Positions 23,690-36,835 of a DNA stretch of 64,000 nucleotides are shown here, piece after piece. The stretch covers positions 80,476,001 to 80,540,000 of the forward strand of contig OZ024744.1 in NCBI GenBank assembly GCA_964016885.1, given 5' to 3'. Each line of letters opens with the position of its first letter. The first letter of the stretch is position 1. The notes under the pieces are model-generated. The model searched no databases. It had not been told where the DNA came from and saw nothing but the letters and a program-made list of their open reading frames with translations. Origin of the DNA: Eledone cirrhosa (lineage: Eukaryota). The position numbers and the translations under genes are program-made.

Positions 23690-25696
23690 TAGTGGCTATC
23701 AAAGTGGAGGCTACCGCCCCACCAGGGGTGGGGGTGCGGTGGTGGCATTGAAAAGGGAGTGCCTAAGGGAGTGCCTAAGGGAGTGGTAAACATAATACAG
23801 TAGTATATTAAATATCAGACAATACATACTATATATAAATATAGTAAAATAAAAAATATATATATTTATTTATACATATTATATATTATATTATCTACTT
23901 ATATATATAACCAGTAATTTCTCTGTCTGTCTGTCCGACAGTGGAAACACGTGCGTAGAGAGAGAGTGAAAGAAAGAGACAGACTACGAGAGGGGATAGC
24001 GGGAGGGAGAGAGAGAGAGTGAATAGACGCTAAAACACGTGCTATAGAAACATTACCTTCCCCTCTCCACTGACTTTGGTCACTGAGGCCGAGGGAATCG
24101 CTGGTTGCTATAGAGACACCTTGCACAAGCCAGAAGTAACCAGTTCGAGGCGGAAAAGGTTGCCATTGAATTTGTGGCTGTTGCTGCTGATAATAAGGAC
24201 CATTTGAAGAAGGTTGCTGCTGATGAGGTAATTTATTAATCAGATTGCGCAGTTCCATAACCTACGTTTGATTTGTTCAATTTTTGTTGTTGTTTTTTTT
24301 TATTTCTTATTGAAAAAAATATAAATAATAAAATAAGGTTAAAAATTTAAATACAATTAAATACGATTTAATTTCCATTTCCAGCAGCCAATGTCCAGTG
24401 TTCAATTTCATGAAAAAATTGGAAATAATTAAAAAAAATTGAAGTTTAACTTTTGAACATTTATTTTGACAATAAAAAAAATATTTCCTTATTCACACCT
24501 AATGGTATGATTAAAATTTCATAGGAATATTTTTTTCTAACCGCCAGTTATTTATTTTCTCCTTTTTCGTGTTAACATATATTTATTTCAAAGATTTCAC
24601 CGTATAGATAACATATATATTTATACATGCATAAAAGACACACCGAGAGACGGTGAACATGTGGTGCCGAAAACATTTCTCATCCAAATCTCAACAATAT
24701 CAGTATATACACTAGATTTGCTAGCAGAAAACCGCCCACGGGTGGTTTTCTGCTAGTATATATATAAAACTGAGGATGTCTGTCTGTGTGAGTTTGAATC
24801 CCTAAAACTCGAGAACCACCCAACTGACTGTTTTCAAACTTTACACATGTAATACTTGTTTCAGGGAATGTTCTGAGCAAAAAGAATTTCAAATTTTCAA
24901 TGCCCTAGGGACCGCATTAGGCGATTTAACGATCTCTCTCTATAATTCTTAGTCTTTCTCTTTTTAGATAGATACATACATATAACGTCGCGCCCTTATA
25001 ATATCTGTCTGTATGTCTGCATTATGTCACTTCCCTGAGGATGACTGTGTGTGTCTGTGAGTTTGAATCCCTAAAACTCGAAAGTACCCAACCGATTCTT
25101 TTCAAACTTTACATGTGTATTACTTATGTTTCAGGGAGTGTTATGCACATAAATTCAACATTTTGATCTCCTAGGGCCCGCATTAGGTGAAAAACTGCGT
25201 TTTTTTCAGGTTTTTAGGGGTTATTTGAGGTGTTACGTCAGACCGATTTCCTTGAAATTGTAACTATGTATTAGTCAGTCTCTTCTTCATACCGTGAGCA
25301 AAGAAAATCCAACTTTTTTATGGCCTAGGGCCTGCATTAGGTGAAAAACATTTTTTCAGCTTTTTAGGGCTTTTTGGAGGCGTTACGTCTAGCCGATTTT
25401 CCCGAAATTTCAAGGCCTATTATGCACATAAAAAAAATTAGGTGAAAACCTGCATATTTCCTGCTTCATCGGTTTATTTTCTTTACATATTGTCCAGGCA
25501 TGCAGTTTTTCCACGATTAGGTCTGTTGGCGGCCCGCGTTCCAAAATACCTTATCCCGTGCAACGCCATGTACCTCTGCTAGTTTATTATATATTTACAA
25601 TTTGCATGTAGACAGGTGTCTCTGGAAATAGGGTTAGGGGCGCTGAAGGTCATGGCCATGAGGAGCGGGGGAACCCAAACAATTTGAGAACCTCTG
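23690..25696. mobile_element. hAT-type MITE with a perfect 8-bp TSD and nested Helitron-like repeats
   Basis: GTATATAT at 23682-89 and 25697-704. Ends TAGTGGCTATCAAA and TTTGAGAACCTCTG. Related in reverse orientation to 32751-33429. Confidence 0.7.
24757..25583 (+). mobile_element. non-autonomous Helitron-like element
   Basis: 5' TATATAAAACTGAGGATGTCTGTCTG and 3' CCCGTGCAACGCC...CTCTGCTAGT. Contains internal duplications. Confidence 0.65.
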
Positions 25697-26117
25697 GTAT
25701 ATATGGTAAGGAAATAAATAAATAAATATATTTAAACAACACATAATGGGTTGATAAGGTTTGTTTTATTGGCAATTTATATTTCATTTATTTACAAATA
25801 TTTGACAGATATCATTCATTCTTGATGACATGATGTTTAGATTGAGGAAGTTTAAGTACCTATAGTTTCATCAGTTAGAACCACAAGTAATTTTTCACAC
25901 ATACTCTTTTTATATGTGGTGTGTGTATATATACACATGTATATATGTGTGTGTATATATATATATATGTGTGTGTGTATATATATAAATATGTGTGTGT
26001 GTATATATATGTGTGTATATATATATATATGTATATATATATATTTATATATATGTGTATATATATATGTATATATATATTTATATATATGTGTATATAT
26101 ATATATATGTATATATG

Positions 26118-26164
<47 letters not shown>

Positions 26165-26190
26165 GTATATATATGTGTATATATATATAT

Positions 26191-26431
26191 ACAGAGGAGA
26201 CTGAGGTTAGCTGGACATGCTCACCGACATCCAGAGTTGACATTGCACTCTGTGCTCCTGTGGGAGCCCCTACATGGACACACTGGAAGAGGAAGACCAA
26301 GGTTAACGTATGTTGATACCCTAAAGACAGACACTGGTCGGTTGGAGACGCAGGACGTGGCAGCGATAATGAGGGACAGAGACCGCTGGAGAGAACTCGT
26401 CCATGGATCTCGAGAATTTTACCCACCCTAG
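26191..26431 (+). mobile_element. RTE-type LINE 3' fragment within a microsatellite
   Basis: [13 protein letters not shown]...VLLWEP..G...[11 protein letters not shown]...M.DRDRWR. Confidence 0.8.
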
Positions 26432-26904
26432 AAATGTATATATATATATATATGTATATGTGTATATATAAATATATATATGTGTTTGTAAGTATATATA
26501 CTTACAAACATTTATTTACATATGTACATATAAGCACATATACACACACACACACATATATATATACATATATATGTCAATATCTAGAACAGATAATAGA
26601 GTATGTATGGATAATGATGCCGGTGGTGGATGGACTTCTTGTGAAGAATAGCGTATGAGAATCGAGTTCTTTCGGAGCTACTGAACAACCTATTCATTGA
26701 ATTAACATGCAATGTGGCTGAGTATTCAGCAGACACGACATGTAGCCTTAATGTAAATCTCAAGTGGAATCACCATGACACCATGTGTCACTATGAAACA
26801 CCTTTGAATTTAAAGGTGTAATCCATCTAATGAGCTATACACAAACAATATATTTATATATATATATATATATATCACCACGGCTACAAGCCGAAGCATA
26901 TATA

Positions 26905-27180
26905 CAATATGCCCCCACACCCTCCCACTGTAAAGTGGTCGTGGAGGTGTCACGATAAAAAAAAATCAACCAGCCCACACTGTAAAGTGGTCGTATAGGC
27001 GACACGGAAAAAAAAGCACCCAGTACTCACTGTAAATGAGGTTGGTGTTAGGAAGGGCATCCAGCTGTAGAAATCAAGCCAGAATCAGCCGACTGGACAC
27101 TGCCCCTCAACAGGACAACCCGTCTAACCCATGCTAGCGTGGAAGAATGGACGTAAAACGGTGATGATGATGATGATCAT
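26905..27180 (+). mobile_element. RTE-tail/SINE 3' remnant
   Basis: Shared tail AACCCATGCTAGCGTGGAAG...GTAAAACG.TGATGATG. Confidence 0.65.
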
Positions 27181-27664
27181 TATGATATATATATATATAT
27201 TTATATAAATACACACATAGTGTGTTCGCTTTTTACATGAATATGCGTTTGTGAATGTGGAACATAAAGCAATTTTGTGTATTTCTGATATGAAAAAATT
27301 AAAAACTACACGCGTTATTGTGAGTTATTCATACAAATTGAATATTTAATATTTTTTCAAGATGCGTTAAAGTGAATTCAAGTTAGCGAAATAAGCGAAC
27401 AAACCGTGTATGTGTGTGTGTATATATATATATAAGTTTTCACCTGTTTGTGACAGGGCCCTGATAATGTTGTTAGAACTCAATATGGCCTTGAAACGAT
27501 GATTTCAGCGAGATGTGGTAAGATGCTATAGTTTTCGTAGTAGGTGCTCATCGTGTCAACCACCTATCTCCAACTTTTCTTCTCTTTTCATTGTTCAATA
27601 CAAACACATATACATATATAGTTATACATATATACTCATACATACATACATATATATATAGAGT

Positions 27665-27935
27665 CATAGTAAAGTAAGTAAAGACCCCCCTTCGGTCACA
27701 AATGACCAAGGGATTTGAACCTAGAAAGTTCCCCTCCGAGGCACAAGTCTGGGCAAGGTGTTTTTGTAGAAGACCAGTAGTCACCCATGCATACCTGTCT
27801 CCCTTCTCCATGCCACCGATGTTGTCCAAGGGAAAGGCAATGGCTGATACAGCTTGGCACCTGTGACATCACAACTCATTTCTACAGCTGAGAAACTGGA
27901 GCAACATGAAGTAAAGTGTCTTGCTCAAGGACACA
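27665..27935 (-). mobile_element. SINE with CORE-like body
   Basis: Minus strand GTGTCCTTGAGCAAGACACTTTA is shared with SINE family 2. The 3' half differs and ends in a TTTACTTACTTTAC tail. Confidence 0.55.
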
Positions 27936-28296
27936 AGTCATACATACACACACACATATATATATATATATACTCCTACATACATGTACATATATAGTGT
28001 GTTTGATAATAGATGTATGGGGGCACGGTACAGTTAGGACAAATAGTAGAAAATTAGTAAATACCCAAACAAACTAAACTTTATCAATGTTTCATCCACC
28101 CAAAGACAATAAGAGAACTTTAACACTTTGGAATTATATCAGTTTTCCATACATATTTAGGCAGTGTGATATAGTGATACAGTCTCTATATAAATACATA
28201 TAGATAGATATGTAGAGATGTGTATCCCGGGTTCAATCAGGGGTAACCACAATAAGTAAGTTACATAGTCAATACATAGTAGAGTATATATATATT

Positions 28297-28380
28297 TAAT
28301 ATAGAAATGGCTTCAACAGGAGTAGAACTGTTTCATTCAAAGGAAACAGTTCTAGTCCTGTAGAAGCCATTTCTATATTA
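28297..28380. repeat. mini fold-back (~38-bp arms) in (TA)n, carrying the 3' half of a hammerhead
   Basis: TAATATAGAAATGGCTTC...GAAGCCATTTCTATATTA. Right arm has GAAA-CAG ttctagtc CTG-TA. Confidence 0.75.
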
Positions 28381-29829
28381 TATATATATACATTCACATC
28401 ACATATATATATATAAACAATTTCTCCTTTAGAGAAAAGGAAAGTACCTTGTCTCTTTGTAAACAGGATAGATGACAACAACCAACTGAAAACGAAGTTA
28501 TTAAAGTATGGAGATATCAAAATAGAAATGTTATGATAGCTGCTGAAACATACAACTAATATTATTGCTATTTCGTTAAGCATAAGCAAATGTCTTGTAA
28601 TTTATTATATAATAATAATAATAATAAAAAAAACACTAATGCATTTGACCCTTTGCCAACAAGACAAATTATAAGTTTTTGTCTTTAGCTTTAATAAAAA
28701 GGACAAGCAAATGTTTCTTTAAAGAAAAAAAAAAAAATATATATATATATATGAATATATATGGAAATTAGTTTTCTTTAACATAGGAAAAACTATTACA
28801 TTTAAACCAGCTGTATCTGGCCAGAATTCTCTCACCTCTTTCTGTTAAAACTGGCTGTAACCAGCCACTCAATGATGTTAAGGTATTTTTCTCAAAATAA
28901 ATAATATCAAAAACTCCTAGATTCAATATTATGCGATATAATTGTGTAAGATAAAGCCTTCACCACGAAAATACAATAGTATCTATGGAGTAATGTAAAA
29001 GGTAAAGGGTTAAATCTATTTGATCAAAGTCAAATCTTTCTTTCATTCTTTCTTTCTTCTGCGTGTGTCACTAGTTTTTGCAATTGTTAAATGTATGTGT
29101 GTGTTTGAATTTTTTTTTTTTTGTTGTTTCTATGTACCTTCCTAAATCCCCAAGCCAAGGTAAAATAAATATAAAAGTAACTATATGGTAATATGGTTTT
29201 ATACACACACACACACATATATATATGTATGTGTGTGTATATATATATAAAGTGTTTCAACCAAAGTATAAGAAAATTAATGTAAAGCCGAGTTTTTTGG
29301 ACATTTTTTTTTATGAAACAAATATTTAAAAAAAAATATTAAGGAATTAAAAAAAATTTTTTTAATTTGCACAAGTAACAACATATATTTACAATCATGT
29401 ACATAGATATATAGTCGAGCAAAATATTAAATTTAATAAATGATAACAGTTGTCCTGCTCAAAAAAAAAAAAGCAAAAAAAACGAAAAAAACGAAAATAA
29501 AGAGAAGGAATTATAGCGATTTTTTTTTGTATCTTTTTTTTTTAAGATGTCACCTGGGAGTTATTTGTCACATTTGAAAATTTATACAACAACAAAAACT
29601 TACAATAAAAAAAAATGAGTAAAAAAGAAACATAATCTTGCAACAAAGAGACTGATAAGGTAGACTCAGATATCTAAGTACTAAAATGCACACCAATTCA
29701 AATTTGACAGTCGGTATTATTTAGTGTTTCAAGCACATCAACAAATTGTACTCAATTGGAAACCTTTATCTTATATAGTATGTAGCTTTCTTTTAAAATA
29801 TCTCATGCGTATGTAAACTTGTGCATAGA

Positions 29830-30352
29830 TTTTGTTTGTTTGTGTGCATGTATGTATATATATACACACATGTGTGTATATATATATACATGTGTATATA
29901 TATATATACATACGTGTATATATATACACATATATAAATACATACATACGTGTATATATATACACACATATATATATATACACACATACATGTGTATATA
30001 TATATATATATATATATACATACATGTGTATATATACATACACATAATATACACACACACACATATATATATACATACACATATATATACACACACATAT
30101 ATATATATATATACATACACATATATATACACACATATATATATATATACATACATATATATATACATACATATATATATACATACATATGTGTATATAT
30201 ACATATATATAGATACACATACATATACATAGATATACATACATATGTGTATATATACATATAGATACACATACATATACACACATATATATATATATAC
30301 ATACATATACATATATATATATATATACACACACAAATTTATATATATATAC
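29830..30352. repeat. TA/CA compound microsatellite
   Basis: Directly visible alternating purine-pyrimidine repeat. Confidence 0.95.
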
Positions 30353-31616
30353 TAAACTCCACCCAATTTTATTCATTCATTTTTTTTTACATGTTAACCT
30401 CATTGGCACACTAGGTAAGAGTTGTTTAAAATTCAACCTCTTCTTTATGAATAGAAATTTATTATTTCAAGAATCTTCCATACTTGAAGTCTTGTTACTC
30501 TTTTTTAAAATGTATTTATCCCCACCAATGTTCCCATTCTCCTCGCAAAACAATAGAAAAAAGTTTTAAGGCCATTAAGGTGACATATCACAGTTTGTAA
30601 AAAATTCGGGCTGTAAGTCGACATAGTGCGGGGAGGGGGAAATCACAAAAAAAAAGCCATGATGATGAAATTCTTAGTTATGAAAATATAAAATATTTAA
30701 TGATGAAATATAGAACAAGGTTTTATTCACATTAAAAACATTAAAAATAAAAAATGTCTGGCAATGGTAGTAGGGTAGGGAGATGCCATTATATATACTT
30801 AAATTGTTGGAGGTTTTATAACAAACCATTTCAATTTATCTGTATTTCGGGTGCTAAACATGGAGAAATCATGACAAAGATGAATTAAGTATCTTGAAAA
30901 TTTGGCATCTCACTCTTTTTTTTTTTTTTTATTTCATATTTAATTACTCACAAATAAATGTTTCTCCCTTATGTAGAAAGGACTAACCCCTCCCCCCAAG
31001 AACTGATATCGAATTTTCTGTCACATACAAAATCAAACCATAACCCTTTAGCATTTAAACCGACCATATCTGGCCAGAATTCTCTCACCTCTCTTCGTTT
31101 AAACTTTCAAACTGGCTGTAACCAACTGCTCAGTGATATTAAGGTATTGTTCTCAAATAAATAATATCAAAATCTCATAGATTCAATATTATGTAAGGTA
31201 AAGCCTTTACCATGAAAATATAATAGTAAATATAGAGTATTGTAAATGGTTGAGTAATGTAAATAGTAAAGGGGTAAGAATGAGGGACACAAATTAGAAT
31301 GTGTGCTGCCTGCATGGAAAATAAGAGCAAATTGATTCAAAGGAGTGCTCATGATACCTTACAGTCGGCTATAGATAAAATATAAAAAAGGCAACTTTAA
31401 TCAATGAATAAAAAAATCACTAGAGTTCAAAGAAGACTGGAGAGATATGGACAGTATTTGCTCAGGATACGCTGCAACCCTGGAGTGGGCTCAAGAGTGA
31501 AGTGGAGTGAAGTGATGTTAAATTAGATGTCTAACATGCAGCAATTTTTATTTTCTTCTCTTAATCTTTTTGATACCAAACTACCTGAAACCAACATTGG
31601 TTCTATGAAACTAAGT

Positions 31617-31940
31617 CAGGGGTATGCAACATATTCCATTAGCGGGCCTCTTTTGAACATTGGAACAACTAAAGGGCTAGCCACTATAATAAATATGTAA
31701 TCTAATGAAAACCACAACTTCTTTCCATAACATGGAACTGGGAAATTATAACACTATAACACACATAACCCTATCAGTGAAGCCCTTTAGTATAGGTCAC
31801 TAACAGAAAATTCTATTACGGTTACAAAAAAAATTCTAAATAAGCCTACAAGGTAAAAATAAAAAATGGCCATCGCGGGCCACTCTGACTAGTCTGGCGG
31901 GCCAGATTGTGGTCAGCAGGCTGCCTGTTGCATGCCCTTG
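31617..31940. mobile_element. hAT (Charlie-like) MITE
   Basis: TIRs CAGGGGTATGCAAC / GTTGCATGCCCTTG, with subterminal GCGGGCC motifs. Confidence 0.65.
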
Positions 31941-32750
31941 TACCAAGCTGTTTACTTGAAATGCTTATCCATCATGGTTTTTTTACACCCCCTTTTTCCA
32001 CGCTGGCACAGGTTGGATGGGATATTTTGTGACAAATGTTTTACTACCAGATACCCCTGCAGATACCAACCCCTTTAATTGCCTCATACAACACGCAGGA
32101 ATATGATGCAGGAAGAGGAAACGATTGACAAGATCCCAGACCTCATTCACTTAGAAAATGGGGGTGGAACCCATCAAATTGGACCAAGGAAACAATGTTT
32201 TCATTGGTCTTTCCATTGCTGACGGTATCTACCGGTCGTAACTCCTGGTGAAATAAAGTGTCTTGCTCAAGGACATAACACATTGCCTGGTCTAAGAATT
32301 AAACTCACAACCTCATGATTGGAGATCCAATTCTTTAACTACTAAGCCACACACCTTCACACAATATGGTGTACCTATTCTAAAACCCAATATATCTATC
32401 TAAAAACTTTCAATCATATTTTTCTGTAAAAAACTTTAAGTTATGTTCCAAACACCAATAATAAGAAAGTTAGTTATATTATTAAATCCATCCAAATCCT
32501 TGATTATTTTCAAAATTATTTGAAAAATCATTGGCAATGTTTTTCAGTACAAATATCTCGTGATCCAACAAAAAAAAAAAAAAAAAAAAATATCTGGCAC
32601 TTTCCTTCCTATATATTAATTATATTTTGAGAAGTTATAATAAAAGGAATCCACCAACCAGTTTTTACCAAACAGATTGGATTGTAAAGAGCAAATATGA
32701 CGATGATATGTAAAAGAAAACAAAAAAACCCCAAACCAAAACATCTAAAT

Positions 32751-33429
32751 CAGAGATTCTTAAACTTTTGGGGTCAGTGCCCCCTCATGGCCACATAATA
32801 CCCTCAACACCCCCTCCAACCCTATTTCCAGAGAGATCTGCCTTCATTTAAGTTGTAAATAATAATTAAAATCGTTAATTTATATATAATAAATAATATA
32901 ATATATACTATGTATAAATATTATATATATATTTTATTTTACTATCATCATCATCATCATCATTTCATTTTACGTCCGCTTTTCCCTGCTTGCAAGGGTG
33001 GGACGGGAACTGATTCTGGCTTGATTTCTACAGGTGGATGCCCTTCCTAACACCAACCTCATTTAAAGTGAGTGCTGGGTGCTTTTTTGCCGTGGCACCT
33101 CCACGTCCACTTTACAGTGGAATGATAGGGACCCCTGTCCCTATCATCTCATTTCTACAGCTGAGTAAACTGGAGCAATGTGAAATAAAGTGTCTTGCTC
33201 AAGGAAACAACACATCACCCGGTCTGAGAATTGAACTCACAATCTTTTGATTGCAAGGCCAATGCTCTAACCACTAAGCCATATGCCTCCATACTATATT
33301 TATATATATGTATCATTTTATAATTAATATACTATTAAATCATCTCTACCGACACCTTAGGCCCTAACGCCCTCCCTGGACTTTTTCAACATCCCTCTGA
33401 GGTGGTAGTGCCCACTTTGAGAACCTTTG
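32751..33429. mobile_element. hAT-type MITE with a nested SINE
   Basis: Ends CAGAGATTCTTAAA / TTTGAGAACCTTTG. TSD ATCTAAAT / ATTTAAAT. Confidence 0.65.
32945..33291 (-). mobile_element. full-length tRNA-derived CORE-like SINE family 2 with RTE-type tail
   Basis: Minus strand: GGAGGCATATGGCTTAGTGGTTAGAGC...GAGTTCAATTCTC, then CCTTGAGCAAGACACTT, then the RTE 3' tail and (GAT)n. A second copy is at 50690-51028. Confidence 0.85.
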
Positions 33430-33764
33430 ATTTAAATAATAGATAGACGGAAGAGAAAAAGTGCATAGCTGGTCCTGGTGAGTCTATTTAATACAATGAT
33501 GTAGATGGAAACAGAATCATCATCATGATCGTTTTAACACCATCTTTCTCTGCTAGCAAGAGTTAGACTAATGTTTTTTTTATTTATAGAAAATAATTCA
33601 AATTAGAAAGAAACCTTTCTCCCCCAAATTGTTGGCCAGTGCCTGAAGTAGATATTATTATTATTATTGCGCATCATTACTGCTTTACCAAGCACAGCTT
33701 TGAGCACCTTGGGTGTGTGCAGTGTAGTTTTTACTGTTTAATTATTGTTTTTATTACTAGGGTA

Positions 33765-34585
33765 GTGGTGTGGCAGAATTGGTAGAGCAACGGATCAAAT
33801 GCTTCACAGCATAGAATTACGGCCCTTTATGTTCTGATTTAAAATCCAGCTGAGGTTAGCTTTGCCTTTCGTCCTTACAGGTGAGGTGACAGAATCATTT
33901 GAGCACAGAACAAAATGTTTTGCACTGTATTTAGTCATAGCCTTTTATTTTTCATCCTTCTGGAGTTGAATGAAAGAAGTACCAGTTACATATTAAGGTC
34001 AATGTAGTTGAACATCTTTCTCCACCAAACCTGTCAGGGTGCCTAAGTTCAATTTGTATTATTACTAGGGCAGTGGATTGGCAGTATCAGTAGAGTGTTG
34101 GACACGTTCTCAGTTCAAATCCCGCCAAAGATAACTTTGCCTTTCATCCTTACAGGGTTGATAAAATAAAGTACCAGTAATACACTGGAATAATTGCTGG
34201 CCTTGTGCCAAAAGTAGAAAAAAATTATTACTATTACATCTGTCTCTAAGATGTAATAGTAACTTTGTTTTTTTTTTAAAACTTAAAGTGTAGTTTATAT
34301 AGGCTTGGTTAGAATTTTGAAGGGAAAATTTGTTTTTCCTATGATTTTTTCATCTATTTCAAATGAATATGGCCTTCAAAAACTGTTGTGAATTGTTTTC
34401 TATAGTTCTCCCTCCTGAGAACTTAATATGTCTTGGAGATGGGTCTATTAATAATTGTTTCTACTTTAGGCACAAGGCCAGCAATTACCCAGTGCATTAC
34501 TGGTACTTTATTTTATCGACCCCGTAAGGATGAAAGGCAAAGTCAAACCTCGGCGGGATTTGAACTCAGAATGGCAAGGGCCGTA
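33765..34585. mobile_element. cluster of SINE family 1 copies (33765-34050 +, 34066-34230 +, 34455-34585 -)
   Basis: A and B boxes plus the GCCTTTCATCCTTAC body recur. Confidence 0.75.
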
Positions 34586-34718
34586 TATATACATACACAC
34601 ACACATATACATATATATATACATACATATATACACATATATATACATATATATAAATATATACACATATATACATACATATATATACATACATACACAT
34701 ATATATACACACATATAT

Positions 34719-34753
<35 letters not shown>

Positions 34754-34826
34754 CATATATATATACATACATATATATATATACATATATATATACACAT
34801 ATATCATCATATATATATATATATTT

Positions 34827-35222
34827 ATATATTAATAAGAGGAATTCCAACTTTGTCTGATTTACTCGTTTTATTTACAATCCTTTAAAATATATATAAT
34901 GGTATTATAATGAAATAGTATGATAGAATATTAAATTCTAAGTGTTAATTGAACAAGTACTTTCATGCTTTCGCAATCTTCAGGTTCATGATATGTGGTG
35001 ACAGTCGAGTTTGCAATTTTCAACTGTGGAAATTGCAAACTCGACTGTCACCACATATCATGAACCTGAAGATTGCGAAAGCATGAAAGTACTTGTTCAA
35101 TTAACACTTAGAATTTAATATTCTATCATACTATTTCATTATAATACCATTATATATATTTTAAAGGATTGTAAATAAAACGAGTAAATCAGACAAAGTT
35201 GGAATTCCTCTTATTAATATAA
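34827..35222. repeat. essentially perfect fold-back (~193-bp arms, 10-nt spacer) with minimal hammerheads on both arms (family H)
   Basis: Motif 35061-35099 (+): TGAAC-CTGAAGA-tTGCgaaaGCAt-GAAA-GTAC-TT-GTTCA. Mirror at 34950-34988 (-). Confidence 0.9.
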
Positions 35223-35249
35223 TCTTCTATACACAATCATACACACCCG

Positions 35250-35687
35250 TGTATATTTACTTATCTATATCTATATATATATTTATATATATATATATAC
35301 ATATATATCATCATCATATATATATATATACATATATATCATCATCATATATATATATACATATACATCATCATCATATATATATATATACATATATATC
35401 ATCATCATATATATATATACATATACATCATCATCATATATATATATTTATATATATATATATATACATATATATCATCATCATATATATATATACATAT
35501 ACATCATCATCATATATATATATTTATATATATATATATACATATATATCATCATCATATATATATATTTATATATATATATACATATATATCATCATCA
35601 TATATATATATATACATATATATAAATATATACACATATATACATACGTATATATACATACATACACATATATATACACACATATAT

Positions 35688-35724
<37 letters not shown>

Positions 35725-35784
35725 TATATACATACATATATATATACATACATATATATATATACATATATACACATATATCAT

Positions 35785-35845
<61 letters not shown>

Positions 35846-35865
35846 TATCATCATATATATATATT

Positions 35866-35897
<32 letters not shown>

Positions 35898-36248
35898 CAT
35901 ATATATCATCATCATATATATATATATACATATATATCATCATCATATATATATATATATTTATATATATATATATATACATATATATCATCATCATATA
36001 TATATATTTATATATATATATATATACATATATATACATATATATCATCATCATATATATATATATATTTATATATATATATATACATATATATCATCAT
36101 ATATATATATATATATATACATATATATCATCATCATATATATTTATATATATATATATATATATACATACATATATACATATATATATATATACATACA
36201 TATATACATATATATATATATACATACATATATACATATATATATATA

Positions 36249-36280
<32 letters not shown>

Positions 36281-36362
36281 CATACATATATACATATATA
36301 TATATATACATACATATATACATATATATATATATACATACATATATACATATATATATATA

Positions 36363-36394
<32 letters not shown>

Positions 36395-36607
36395 CATACA
36401 TATATACATATATATATATATACATACATATATATATATATATACATACATATATATATATATACATACATATATATATACATACATATATATATATACA
36501 TATATATATATATACATATATACATACATATATATATATACATATATATACATACATATATATACATATATACATACATATATATACATATATATATATA
36601 TACATAC

Positions 36608-36648
<41 letters not shown>

Positions 36649-36773
36649 CATATATATATATACATACATATATATATATACATACATATATATATATATA
36701 CATACATATATATATATACATACATATATATATATATACATACATATATATATATACATACATATATATATAT

Positions 36774-36810
<37 letters not shown>

Positions 36811-36835
36811 CATACATATATATATATACATACAT
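35250..36835. repeat. compound microsatellite (TA, TACA, CAT)
   Basis: Directly visible. Confidence 0.95.

Noticed and set aside
24634-24668. Hammerhead-like CCGAGAGA-cggt-GAACATGT
   Set aside because: The core deviates at several positions (no CTGA, GAA instead of GAAA, G at the cleavage site).
27455-27560. CTGATAA...GAAACGATGA...TCATCGT hammerhead-like segment
   Set aside because: C3 and A8 are mismatched, position 17 is G, and stems I and II are poor. It may be a decayed copy but cannot be supported.
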